Shown here in pieces: positions 1 through 9,168 of a stretch of DNA of 61,471 bases (positions are counted from its first letter, which is position 1; each line of letters starts with the position of its first letter). The notes below the pieces were generated by a model. That model saw only the letters and a list, made by a program, of their open reading frames with translations, was not told where the DNA came from and did not search any database. Origin of the DNA: Bacteriovoracia bacterium (GTDB lineage: Bacteria > Bdellovibrionota > UBA1018 > JBFWNL01); the NCBI GenBank assembly GCA_050251055.1, contig JBFWNL010000014.1, positions 1-61,471 of the forward strand, given 5' to 3'. The position numbers and the translations under genes were made by a program.

Positions 1-1167
1 AAGATCATCCTGAAGTCTAAGGAACAGACGGTGACCATCACCCAGGCGAAGCTCAAGGAAGAAATCAAGGTCTCGCTGCCGCCGATCGAAGTCATCACTA
101 AGCCCAAGCCGATTCCCACGCCGGTCGCAGTAGCGACGCCCGTCGAGACGCCGGCCGAGGTTCCCACGCCGGTCACGACGCCAGCCGCCCGGACGCCGCT
201 GGACCTAGGCCTCATTAGTCCCGAGCAAAACGCCCGACTCTTCGTCAAGGAAGGCAGCCAGGTCGCCGAGCGCACCGTCGAATTCTCCTGGAAGGTAAAG
301 CCCGAGAATACGGAAACCCGCCTGATCGTCCGCCAGCTCAACCCCGGCGGCGGGACCAAGGAGCTTTTCAACGAGAAAATCAGCGCGATCGCCGACGACG
401 CCCGCGCGAACATGACGCTCAAACGTCCGGGCAACTACAACTGGGAAGTCCAGTCGGTCAACGAGGACGAGCCTTTACCTAAAAAACTCGTCCGCAACTT
501 CCGTTTGGAACCCACCTTTCGTGGCATCACGGTGCTAAAACCCGTCATCGGCAATGCCGACGCGGACGCCGACTCCGACGAAACGCTACTAAAGAACTTC
601 GGCATCACCCTGCGGTGGTCGGAGTTCCCGGACGCCGACAACTACATCCTCAGGCTAGTACGGAACGAGCATGACCGAGTCCCCATCCTGGAGAAGTCCG
701 TGAGCGGCACGAAGTACGAATTCAACCGCGACAAGGTCTTCAGCGGCGAATTTCTATACAACGTCCGCACGAAACTCTCTTCGGGATTCACGGTCACGTC
801 CACAGTTGGCCGCTACAGCTATCGCTTCAAGCCGCCGGTGCTGGTCCGGCCCGAGCCTAACACCCTCATCAACCAACAAGACCTGGATCAGCAAGAAAAC
901 CGGATCCTGTTCACCTGGCGTAAGACGCAGTTTACCGAGGCTTATCTGCTCGAGTTCAGCTTGGAGAAGTCTTTCTCCAAAATCGTCTTGAACAAGAAAA
1001 CCCGGGAAAACTTCTTCATCCTGAAAGCGCCCCCGAACGGTACGTACTGGTGGCGGGTGCGCAGCATCGCGACCAAAGGCATGACCAGCGAGCCCAGCGC
1101 GCCCAACCAGATTGTCGTCAAGCGAACCAACCCGAACCAAAAATCCAACGAGTTTGACGACCTCTAA
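1..1167 (+). CDS. 5'-truncated exported protein with Pro/Thr-rich linker and tandem Fn3/Ig-like beta-sandwich domains (possibly FecR-domain family)
   Basis: Frame is open from base 1; PTPVAVATPVETP linker; GNYNWEVQS and GTYWWRVRS Fn3-like signatures. Confidence 0.6.
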   Translation, partial: KIILKSKEQTVTITQAKLKEEIKVSLPPIEVITKPKPIPTPVAVATPVETPAEVPTPVTTPAARTPLDLGLISPEQNARLFVKEGSQVAERTVEFSWKVKPENTETRLIVRQLNPGGGTKELFNEKISAIADDARANMTLKRPGNYNWEVQSVNEDEPLPKKLVRNFRLEPTFRGITVLKPVIGNADADADSDETLLKNFGITLRWSEFPDADNYILRLVRNEHDRVPILEKSVSGTKYEFNRDKVFSGEFLYNVRTKLSSGFTVTSTVGRYSYRFKPPVLVRPEPNTLINQQDLDQQENRILFTWRKTQFTEAYLLEFSLEKSFSKIVLNKKTRENFFILKAPPNGTYWWRVRSIATKGMTSEPSAPNQIVVKRTNPNQKSNEFDDL

Positions 1168-1214
1168 CCGTCTAGTTGGCTATTCCCTATAAATGATGTA
1201 GGTTGGGCCCATCT

Positions 1215-1940
1215 ATGGCAGCCCAAGAGCGCAAATGTACGGTTGAATCGGTCGACATGATCACGCCCACCACCTTCGAGCTAAAGTTCAAGGTGGAACC
1301 CGACTGCGACTTCATTCCCGGCCAATTCATCAGCATCATTATACCGGGAGCCGGGCCGAACGGCCGCGATCTGCGCCGAGCCTACTCCATCGCGTCCACG
1401 CCCGAGGAACGTCCCTTCAAGCTTTGCATCCGCCTCGTAGAAAACGGGCCGGGAACGAATTACCTCCATCGGCTCAAGCCGGGCGAAACGTTCCGCGGGT
1501 TCGCGCCTTACGGGGACTTCGTTTACAAACCCAAGGCGGATCGCCACATTTGCTTCATTTCCACCGGTACCGGAGTGGCCCCGTTTCGCTCCATGGCTTT
1601 CTCCAAACTTTACCAGGAGCAGCCACCCCGAAGCGGAATCTGCCTGTTCGGAACCACGAACACGGAAGAGCTGCTCTACGACGAGGAGTGGAAGAGTCAG
1701 TCGCGGGTAAAGTGGGTGGTCTGCATGTCCCGTATGGGCGAAGAGTGGAAGGGCTACCGGGGGCGCGTGACCCAGTACATGCGCGATGAGATGAAGGACT
1801 ACGACTGGCAGGGAGCCGAGTACTACCTCTGCGGCAACGGCGCCATGATCGACGAGGCCAAGAAAATCTTATTGGAGAAGGGCGTGGCGCCGGCGTCCAT
1901 CCACCAGGAAGTGTATTATAAACCCAAAGCCGGCGAGTAA
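1215..1940 (+). CDS. FAD/NAD(P)-binding oxidoreductase, ferredoxin-NADP reductase family
   Basis: RAYSIAS FAD motif, PGQF, STGTGVAPFRSM, YLCGNGAMI; ATG at 1215 preferred over TTG at 1203. Confidence 0.9.
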   Translation: MAAQERKCTVESVDMITPTTFELKFKVEPDCDFIPGQFISIIIPGAGPNGRDLRRAYSIASTPEERPFKLCIRLVENGPGTNYLHRLKPGETFRGFAPYGDFVYKPKADRHICFISTGTGVAPFRSMAFSKLYQEQPPRSGICLFGTTNTEELLYDEEWKSQSRVKWVVCMSRMGEEWKGYRGRVTQYMRDEMKDYDWQGAEYYLCGNGAMIDEAKKILLEKGVAPASIHQEVYYKPKAGE

Positions 1941-1949
1941 GGAGTCTGT

Positions 1950-3161
1950 ATGCGCCCACTCCCGACCGTGAATTCCTGGGCCATCCCTCTCACCCTATTC
2001 ACCGCGACGGTCGCAACCGTCGCCGCGGGGGCAGCCGACATTCTTCCTAAAATCAGTGGCACGGAACGCGGTAAGCCCCCGATTCGCGTGCGCTTGGCGG
2101 AAGTCGCCTCCGGGTTTTCCGAACCTACCGACATCCAATTCTTGCCCACCGACACGAACATCATGATCGTGCTCGAGAAGGGCGGACGCATGCGCTGGGT
2201 TTCGCTCCTCGATAAATCCCAGGGCGAATTCCTCAAGCTCGCCGTGCGGACGAGCTCCGAGATGGGTTTGCTCGGGTTGGCATTTCACCCTAAGTTCGAA
2301 ACGAATCGCGCGTTCTACGTCCACTACAATCCGGAGAACACCCCCAAACCCATCACGCGAATCTCCGAATTCACGATCCGCAAATCGCTGACCCTAAAGG
2401 ACGCGAACGCGATCAACGAGCGCATGGTGCTCGAAATCGAACAACCTTACTCGAACCACAAGGGGGGTCAGCTGGCTTTCGGCCCCGATGGCTACCTTTA
2501 TATCGGCATGGGCGACGGCGGTTCCGCCGGCGATCCCCAGGGAAACGGCCAGAATCCTAAATCCTTGCTGGGAAAATTCCTGCGCATCGACATAAACGGC
2601 AAGGACAAGGGCAAACATTACTCCGTTCCGCGCGATAATCCTTTCCTGGCCGACCACAAATACGCCCCTGAAATTTGGGCGACGGGTTTGCGCAATCCTT
2701 GGCGCTTCACCTTCGAAGAGGGCACGGGCTCGATTATCGCGGCGGATGTCGGGCAGAACGCATGGGAAGAGATCTCCCGCGTGGAGAAAGGGAAAAACTA
2801 CGGATGGAACGCCATGGAAGGCACGCATTGCTTTCCCGAATCCGCGCGGTGCACGCCTTCCCGCTTTGAAGGCCCCGTCTGGGAATACGGTCGTGACGAC
2901 GGCGCTTCCATCACGGGCGGATACTTCTATTCGGCCCAGGAGATTTCCGAGCTCAACGGACTTTATGTATTCGGAGACTTCGTGTCGGGCCGGCTTTGGG
3001 CCGCGAAGCTCGCGCCGCGCGGGCTAGGCCCAAAAGATACGGCCGTCCATTCGCTCGGCACGGCCGGTTTTGGGATTTCCACCTTCGGCCGCGATTCCGC
3101 CGGACGCGTCTACGTCGCCGACTTCGGGGGCGGACGCATCTTTCGGATCACCAAACCCTAG
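1950..3161 (+). CDS. PQQ-dependent glucose/sorbosone dehydrogenase family beta-propeller, exported
   Basis: Signal peptide; EMGLLGLAFHPKF, NHKGGQLAFGPDGYLYIGMGDGG, GLRNPWRFTF, DVGQNAWEEI; AAGGAG RBS. Confidence 0.9.
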   Translation: MRPLPTVNSWAIPLTLFTATVATVAAGAADILPKISGTERGKPPIRVRLAEVASGFSEPTDIQFLPTDTNIMIVLEKGGRMRWVSLLDKSQGEFLKLAVRTSSEMGLLGLAFHPKFETNRAFYVHYNPENTPKPITRISEFTIRKSLTLKDANAINERMVLEIEQPYSNHKGGQLAFGPDGYLYIGMGDGGSAGDPQGNGQNPKSLLGKFLRIDINGKDKGKHYSVPRDNPFLADHKYAPEIWATGLRNPWRFTFEEGTGSIIAADVGQNAWEEISRVEKGKNYGWNAMEGTHCFPESARCTPSRFEGPVWEYGRDDGASITGGYFYSAQEISELNGLYVFGDFVSGRLWAAKLAPRGLGPKDTAVHSLGTAGFGISTFGRDSAGRVYVADFGGGRIFRITKP

Positions 3162-3871
3162 GTCGATGTCCGCGCCCACTCGATAGGAGCCACGCCCAGT
3201 TTTTTTTCCAAGATTTCGTTTACCTTGGAAAAGGGCCGGCTACCGAAAAATCCACGGGATGCGGAAAGCGGTGAAGGGTGCGGAGATTCGATCATGAAGT
3301 GACGCGGATTCGTGATCAGCGCCTTTTTTCGCTGTGCGGCCGCGCCCCACAAAATGAAAACGACCGGGGTTTCGCGCTCGTTCAAACGCTGAATTACGTA
3401 ATCGGTAAACTGCTCCCAACCGGCGTCGCGATGAGAAAACGCCTGGCCGTGGCGAACCGTCAGGACGGCGTTAAGAAGCAGCACGCCCTGCGCGGCCCAG
3501 CCCGTGAGATCGCTCTTTTCCTTGGCAGGCTTTACGCCCAAGTCCGACTCAAGCTCCTTGAAAATATTTTGCAAACTGGGCGGCTTGGGGAAAAGATCGT
3601 TCGGCACTCCAAAACTCAACCCGATGGCTTGTCCGGCGCCATGATACGGATCCTGTCCGAGGATGACGACTTTTACCTGATCGTAATCCACCATCTGCAA
3701 GGCCCGCAGAATCCATGCCCGCTGCGGATAAATCTTTTGCTTCGCCTGGTGTTCGCGCACGAGAAATGTCGTCAACTGTTTGAAGTACGCTTGCTCCGCT
3801 TGCCCGGCGAGGTGGGCCTTCCATGCGGGGGGAAGATTATCGGGAAAACTAGCGTTTGAAACCGCTTCCAT
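3158..3871 (-). CDS. ung: uracil-DNA glycosylase, family 1
   Basis: KVVILGQDPYHG, GLSF, GVLLLNAVLTV, HPSPLSA motifs. Confidence 0.97.
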   Translation of the reverse strand: MEAVSNASFPDNLPPAWKAHLAGQAEQAYFKQLTTFLVREHQAKQKIYPQRAWILRALQMVDYDQVKVVILGQDPYHGAGQAIGLSFGVPNDLFPKPPSLQNIFKELESDLGVKPAKEKSDLTGWAAQGVLLLNAVLTVRHGQAFSHRDAGWEQFTDYVIQRLNERETPVVFILWGAAAQRKKALITNPRHFMIESPHPSPLSASRGFFGSRPFSKVNEILEKKLGVAPIEWARTST

Positions 3872-3930
3872 TCCCCGGTGCTAAATCAGATACCCCTTCG
3901 GGTCAATCGCCATGTTTGGCGTTTCATAGA

Positions 3931-4965
3931 TCAGCTCCCTAATACAAAGTAGTTGTACCGATACTCCTGACAACGGTTATAGGGATAGTCGTTATTATTC
4001 CCGTCGTGACAGTAAATCCGGAATCGGACCTCGGTCGCGGTAATCGCTTCGAGTTCGCAAGTCATGTGGCCCCAGGCACCCCAGCGCCCGACCTGACGAG
4101 TCGCACAGTAGGCAATCTTCGGGTTGAATCCCGCCGGGACGGTCACCCGTCTCACGCGATACTGGCCGCCAAGCCCTGCCCCTTCCGTGTGTAGATTTCC
4201 GTCTAGCGGGCCCGAAAGCGCTCGCAAACCCGGGGCGGGAGCGCAATCGGGTTGGCCATTCGGCAAGATTCCTTTCATTACTCCCGTCGCGCAGCTGACC
4301 GGAGCGGGGGGCACCACGCAGCGAGGCGTGCGATTTTCATCATAAGCACCGCCCAGATCCTGGCATAGCTGCGGTGCCGAATCCCTCCCCACGCACCCCT
4401 CCACCTGCACCCGGTCCGTCGAAATCGATTTCGTCTTGAGTACGAGCGGGATCGCTTCGGCGATAAGCCGATTTCCCAGGGAGTTCGGACGCTCCATGGA
4501 AAGGCTTAGCTGTCCGAGCCACTGATTCTGGGAAAACTTCTCCACCGACTGAAGCGTGATCTGCTTCACCACCGCCCCCGAATTCAACGCCCGGTTCACT
4601 TCCGCTAAACTCCGACCCGACGAAGCCCCCGAGCTTCCCGGCAAGTAGATGCCGGAAAAATTTAGGGTGGACGACTTGCTCTCACTTTTTTTTCCGTCCG
4701 TGGTGATGAACTTCGGACTTTCCTTTGCAGACAACTCAAGTACGAGCGGAGCGCCAGGCGATGCCCCCTGGACTAGCGCCGTGCAGTTTTTAGGGTCCCC
4801 GAGAAACTGGCTCACGAGCCACCGAGTGTCGGTGATCTCCAAACGACTCTGGACGCTTTTTTGGCCTTTCAGGCTGTAAGAGACTCCGCTCGAAACGGCC
4901 AATATCCCGGTCGTCGCCACTCCGATCGCAACCAGTGCCTCGACCATGGAAAAACCCTGATTCAT
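3931..4965 (-). CDS. prepilin-type N-terminal cleavage/methylation protein with Cys-rich C-terminal domain
   Basis: MNQG|FSMVEALVAIGV class III signal (G-1, F+1, E+5); GAGGG RBS before ATG at 4965; the longer ORF start at 5235 overlaps the upstream gene. Confidence 0.8.
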   Translation of the reverse strand: MNQGFSMVEALVAIGVATTGILAVSSGVSYSLKGQKSVQSRLEITDTRWLVSQFLGDPKNCTALVQGASPGAPLVLELSAKESPKFITTDGKKSESKSSTLNFSGIYLPGSSGASSGRSLAEVNRALNSGAVVKQITLQSVEKFSQNQWLGQLSLSMERPNSLGNRLIAEAIPLVLKTKSISTDRVQVEGCVGRDSAPQLCQDLGGAYDENRTPRCVVPPAPVSCATGVMKGILPNGQPDCAPAPGLRALSGPLDGNLHTEGAGLGGQYRVRRVTVPAGFNPKIAYCATRQVGRWGAWGHMTCELEAITATEVRFRIYCHDGNNNDYPYNRCQEYRYNYFVLGS

Positions 4966-4990
4966 GGTGGTACCCTCTCGTCTTGAATTA

Positions 4991-5050
4991 AGCTCCCCCG
5001 AGGGATGGGATCGATCTGGGGGCGAGGGGCAAATTTCCCTCGGGGGAGCT
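4991..5050. repeat. perfect 15-bp inverted repeat with 30-nt loop
   Basis: AGCTCCCCCGAGGGA (4991-5005) / TCCCTCGGGGGAGCT (5036-5050), intergenic between lipoprotein stop and pilin-like start. Confidence 0.85.
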
Positions 5051-5062
5051 GTTTCGGACACT

Positions 5063-5488
5063 TTACTCGTAGGCGATCGGCGCCGTGGTATGAACTTCTT
5101 CTTGGTTGTTTCGCAAACCGCCGCCACCACCCACATAAGGGTTGGTGGGATATCTCTCCTTGCGAATCTCGTCCCAGTTATTGGGACAGTTCGGAGGAGG
5201 GTTGGAACTTTTGCACGCGGTATAGAGAGCGTCACACTCCGCCTGATTTTGCGAGCAGAGAGTTTGGCAGTCGCCAGGATAAGCGGCGCAGGCTTCCGCG
5301 ATAGTCATCGGGTTTTCACAGGATCCACCGTCGTTTGAACTACTGCGATACTGCGGAAAGTGAAAAGTTCCGTCATAACCCTTGCAGACCATGATGAGGT
5401 TGCCGATGGTTTCGACGCAACCCGTGACTCCAATTAAACCCAGCATCAACCCAAGCCTTAAGGCGATCCATCCCGTTTTGTTTTTCAT
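5063..5488 (-). CDS. Cys-rich hypothetical lipoprotein
   Basis: MKNK + hydrophobic stretch + VTGC lipobox; AGAGGGG RBS; 8 further Cys in the mature part. Confidence 0.7.
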   Translation of the reverse strand: MKNKTGWIALRLGLMLGLIGVTGCVETIGNLIMVCKGYDGTFHFPQYRSSSNDGGSCENPMTIAEACAAYPGDCQTLCSQNQAECDALYTACKSSNPPPNCPNNWDEIRKERYPTNPYVGGGGGLRNNQEEVHTTAPIAYE

Positions 5489-5591
5489 TTTTGTTTCCCC
5501 TCTTGAATTCACGTTAACTGGGATCGAAAAAAACCGGGAGCAAACGCCGCCGACGTGCGCGCGATGCGCTTTCTGGTGCTTCCTAAGAAAA

Positions 5592-5622
5592 TGTCCCATC
5601 TGACACAGGCATCGATGACACA
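5592..5622. promoter_or_regulatory. candidate operator in divergent promoter region
   Basis: TGTC-N6-GACA inverted repeat (5592-5605) and TGACACA direct repeat (5601, 5616). Confidence 0.35.
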
Positions 5623-5674
5623 TCTGCCATCAAAATAGCGTGAATGCTAAAATCGAATTAAACCATCGGGGCCA

Positions 5675-6538
5675 ATGATGCAGATTAAGAAAATTTCAGA
5701 GTATCAGGATTACCGCGAATTCTTGCGGGAATGGTTCGCCTACTCGCGCGCTCGCAATCGCAAGTTCTCGGTCCGCGCGGTCTCACGACTGGCGGGGTTC
5801 AAGTCGACCAGCCACCTTTATCTCGTGATCAACGGGAAGCGCAATCTCTCCGAAGCCGGGGCCACCCAAGTGGGGGAAGCTCTGCGGCTCTCGCAGTCGG
5901 ATCAGGACATCTTTCGCGCGCTCGTGCGTAAATCCAACGCGCGCGACGACGTCGAGAAAAATCAGGCGCACGATCAGTTAGAAGCGGTAAAAAAACGCGA
6001 CGTTTTCGAGAAAATTGAAGAAGCAAAGCTGAAGTTTTTTACCCACTGGTATTACGTGCCCATCCGAGAGTTGATCGGACTAGACGGCGCCGCGAAGGAC
6101 CCCTTGTCGATTTCCCAAGCGCTTAACCCCAGCGTCCCTGCCCACGAGGTCAAGGCGGCCTTAAAGAATCTAGAAGACCTGAATCTGATTAAAAAGGGTC
6201 CCACGGGCGAGTACGAGCGCACGCACCAATTTCTAACCACGGCCGAGCAGGTCCCTTCTGCTTTCGTGGTCCATTTTCACCGCGAGATGATTCGACTGGC
6301 CTCCGAAGCCATCGAACGGGTCCCGCGCCAAGAGCGCGACATCTCATCCGTGTCCCTCACGCTATCTAAAGATGGGGTCGATCGCATGCAGGAAGCCGTG
6401 AAGCGCTTTCGACGCGAGTTAGCAGAAATATCCAGTCAAGACGCGGCCGAAGCGGCCGACCGGGTTTACCAAGTCAATATTCAACTTTTCCCGCTAACGG
6501 GTAAGGTTTATCGAAACAAAAAGAAGGTGGCGGCATGA
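5675..6538 (+). CDS. TIGR02147 family protein (N-terminal HTH-like, C-terminal DUF4423-like)
   Basis: YQDYREFLREWF..FSVRAVSRLAGFKS..LVINGKRNLS; WYYVPIRELI; FHREMIRLA..RDISS..VYQVNIQLFPLT family hallmarks. Confidence 0.9.
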   Translation: MMQIKKISEYQDYREFLREWFAYSRARNRKFSVRAVSRLAGFKSTSHLYLVINGKRNLSEAGATQVGEALRLSQSDQDIFRALVRKSNARDDVEKNQAHDQLEAVKKRDVFEKIEEAKLKFFTHWYYVPIRELIGLDGAAKDPLSISQALNPSVPAHEVKAALKNLEDLNLIKKGPTGEYERTHQFLTTAEQVPSAFVVHFHREMIRLASEAIERVPRQERDISSVSLTLSKDGVDRMQEAVKRFRRELAEISSQDAAEAADRVYQVNIQLFPLTGKVYRNKKKVAA

Positions 6539-7113
6539 ACCGTAGAACGTATCTCGCAAGCCTCGTCATTTTATCCGCATCTTTGCTAGGAGGCCTGGCG
6601 GTCGGCTGTAGCCCCCAGGTAACCCAGAACAGCTCCGGATCGGGCGTGATTGTCGGAAACCCCGAACACTACCTGCGCCGAGCCGTCGAAGCGCAGATCG
6701 ACCTGATAGGCGATCGGTGCGGGGTCACGGATTCGCGTCAAAAATCGATGCTGTTTGGCTTATTGCGCGAAGTTTACCGCTCCGAATCCTTGTTCAATCG
6801 CGTAACTTGGATCCGCGCGGAACTAGCCGGACAAGCGCGTACTTACGGGGATGCAGTTCGCATCGAAGAGTCTTCACCTTATACACTCTTTCGTCCTAGC
6901 CGATGCGATCTTCGCCGCTTGGCCCTCACCATCGATGACACGATTCGCTTGATCTTAGGAAAGCAAATCATCTTCACCTGTCAATCCACGCCCGCACTGG
7001 GATCGGACGACATTCCGATCGTTACCCTGGGCGACGTGCTTGCCGAAAACATGGCGGGAGACGGGGAAGACAAGGACCTGGCTCCCGAATGCCAGCAACC
7101 CTATCCGCTTTAG
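6535..7113 (+). CDS. hypothetical lipoprotein, translationally coupled to TIGR02147-like gene
   Basis: ATGA overlap; LAVGC lipobox followed by SGSGVIVGNP. Confidence 0.7.
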   Translation: MNRRTYLASLVILSASLLGGLAVGCSPQVTQNSSGSGVIVGNPEHYLRRAVEAQIDLIGDRCGVTDSRQKSMLFGLLREVYRSESLFNRVTWIRAELAGQARTYGDAVRIEESSPYTLFRPSRCDLRRLALTIDDTIRLILGKQIIFTCQSTPALGSDDIPIVTLGDVLAENMAGDGEDKDLAPECQQPYPL

Positions 7114-7898
7114 TAACTTACGGCCAGCTGAAGATTTGTCTTTTGAACTGGAGTGCAGTGGTCAAAACGGAAGTATCGCGTAGAGCTGTTTCCAGAGGGA
7201 GTCACTTCCTTGAAATAGAGCGTCGCGAACGTGAGCGGTAAAAAATCGTCAGGTAAGCGTTTCTTCGCCTTCAAATCGTAGAGCTTCACCATAAAATATC
7301 CGGTAAAGGCGTAGGTTTTTTCGGGTCCGGTACCGGTGACGGGCTCGCCGGATGCTTGGGACTGAAAGTAGAGGTTCGCGGTCATGAGCTCCGAAACGCC
7401 AAAACGGTTGTGATCCTTGGCGCTATAGAGCGTTTTCAAGGCTCCGGAGGCTTGAGGGAACTGGAGCGAGTTAACAAAAATGAGCTGGGCTCCACCCGTC
7501 GAGTGATCGGCGGTCACCAGGCCTCCCACTACCGATGTTTCGTTGGCAAACGGGCTGGCCGGGGTGGGTAGGCCGGACTCCGGGGGGGTTGCGCCGCTTA
7601 CGGCGTCCACTCCGGGTAAAAAAGCGACGCTATTCTGATTGCAGGCGCCGGATAGGATCATGCCGGTCATTTCTTGGAATGCTCCCCACACCTGGGATTC
7701 GGCGATTGTTCGCTGCAAGCTCGCTTGCGTTTCAAGGAGCGCTTGATTGGCTTGACCTAGCTTTTGATTCGTCCTCGCCACCCCTTGCATCGTGTAACGC
7801 TGGAGATCTAGTATCGCCATCAACCCGATGATCGATATCCCGAGCGCGACCATCACCTCCAAAACCCCAAAACCCGAACGCGCATCGACGTTCTTCAT
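7110..7898 (-). CDS. prepilin-type N-terminal cleavage protein (minor pilin/pseudopilin-like)
   Basis: MKNVDARSG|FGVLEVMVALGISIIGLMAIL class III signal; alternative start 7928. Confidence 0.75.
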   Translation of the reverse strand: MKNVDARSGFGVLEVMVALGISIIGLMAILDLQRYTMQGVARTNQKLGQANQALLETQASLQRTIAESQVWGAFQEMTGMILSGACNQNSVAFLPGVDAVSGATPPESGLPTPASPFANETSVVGGLVTADHSTGGAQLIFVNSLQFPQASGALKTLYSAKDHNRFGVSELMTANLYFQSQASGEPVTGTGPEKTYAFTGYFMVKLYDLKAKKRLPDDFLPLTFATLYFKEVTPSGNSSTRYFRFDHCTPVQKTNLQLAVSY

Positions 7899-8074
7899 CC
7901 GGCAGATCCTCCCCTTACGTTTTCCCATATCGAAACGCGAAAGCCCACTTTGGATCAATTCCCCGTAAAAACCATGCTTTCTAGCGCTTTCTCGCGGCTG
8001 GCGGGCAGCCTTTTTTAAAGGGACGGCCTGGTTAAGCAAGACACACCCCCCGAAACGCAATATACTCGGGCGAA

Positions 8075-9133
8075 ATGAACCCGCGCCATTTAGGAATTCT
8101 GCTTTTTATTTTTACGGAGCTCACGGGGTGCTCCGCGAACTGGCATCAGCCCTCGTGGCTGCGCCACTTCTTCCTCACGGTGAGCACCGACGGCGCCGAA
8201 ATACGGACCTACCAGGTAGCGGACGTGGGGGGCTTCGTACAGCTAGCTACCACGGTCGTTTCGCCCGCGGACGCAAACCTCGTCGGTAGGCTAAGTAGCA
8301 ACGGAAAGTTTTTCTACTACGGATCGGCCAACCACAACTCGATATCCCAAGCCACGGTGGGATCCAATTTGGTTTTGAGTCTCGCCACTACGACGGTCAC
8401 CAAAAGCTCCAACACGGGCGCCATCGCCATTCACCCCAGTGGTCGGTATTTAGTCGCCGTTTCCATCTCCGGAACTAACTCGATATCGGTGATCTCGATC
8501 AACCCTACGACCGGCGAGCTGGGATCGGTCGTATCCGAAAAGACCCTGGGAGGAGTCTCATCTGCGAACCAAGTCAGGATCCATCCCCAAGGAGATTTGG
8601 TGTACGCCGGCAGTTCCTCCGCCTGGAAAGGGTTTCGCATCGACTTGAACACCGGTGAACTCACCGACCTCGGAGTGATCGGAGGCATGAACACTTCGAC
8701 TTTCGTGATCTCGCCGGATGGGAATTTTCTCTTCGCCGGCAATCGCACTACGGGAAACGGAAACTTAGCCGCCTACCGGATTAATAGCGCCACCGGCGTC
8801 TTGACGCAAACCGGGGCCACCCAGTCGCTGGGCCCCGTGATGACGGCCATCGGCGTAGTGGCTGATCAAAAAATATTGCTCGCTTATAGCAACCTCAATC
8901 ATGTCATCGGTAGCTACCGCATCGCGGACGACGGCTCCTTAACCGCGCTCACTACCTTATCCCACCCGTTCCGATTTTTTGTGCACCCCTGGGTGGACGC
9001 GCTTTACGACAGCAAAGGAACATCCTTTAACGTGGATGCCGCTACGGGGGTCCTCAGCATTATCGACCAACAGAGTTCGAGTAATCCAAACATCCTCACT
9101 TACGGAAAATCCGTTATTCCGATTTCCAACTAA
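8075..9133 (+). CDS. lactonase-family (YbhE/Pgl-like) beta-propeller lipoprotein
   Basis: LTGC lipobox; repeated IHPSGRYL, IHPQGDLVY, ISPDGNFLF blades and (I/V)(N/D)xxTGxL turns. Confidence 0.75.
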   Translation: MNPRHLGILLFIFTELTGCSANWHQPSWLRHFFLTVSTDGAEIRTYQVADVGGFVQLATTVVSPADANLVGRLSSNGKFFYYGSANHNSISQATVGSNLVLSLATTTVTKSSNTGAIAIHPSGRYLVAVSISGTNSISVISINPTTGELGSVVSEKTLGGVSSANQVRIHPQGDLVYAGSSSAWKGFRIDLNTGELTDLGVIGGMNTSTFVISPDGNFLFAGNRTTGNGNLAAYRINSATGVLTQTGATQSLGPVMTAIGVVADQKILLAYSNLNHVIGSYRIADDGSLTALTTLSHPFRFFVHPWVDALYDSKGTSFNVDAATGVLSIIDQQSSSNPNILTYGKSVIPISN

Positions 9134-9168
9134 ATCGACGACCATTCCCGACCAAGACTCTTAAGCAC

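Noticed and set aside
110-190. Repeated CCCACGCCGGTC
   Set aside because: Encodes a Pro/Thr-rich protein linker, not a DNA element.
3158-3161. 4-nt stop-codon overlaps of convergent genes (also 7110-7113, 54117-54120)
   Set aside because: Common feature of compact bacterial genomes.
4966-5235. Extended N-terminus of the 434-aa ORF
   Set aside because: Overlaps the upstream lipoprotein gene and the hairpin; prepilin motif and RBS place the start at 4965.
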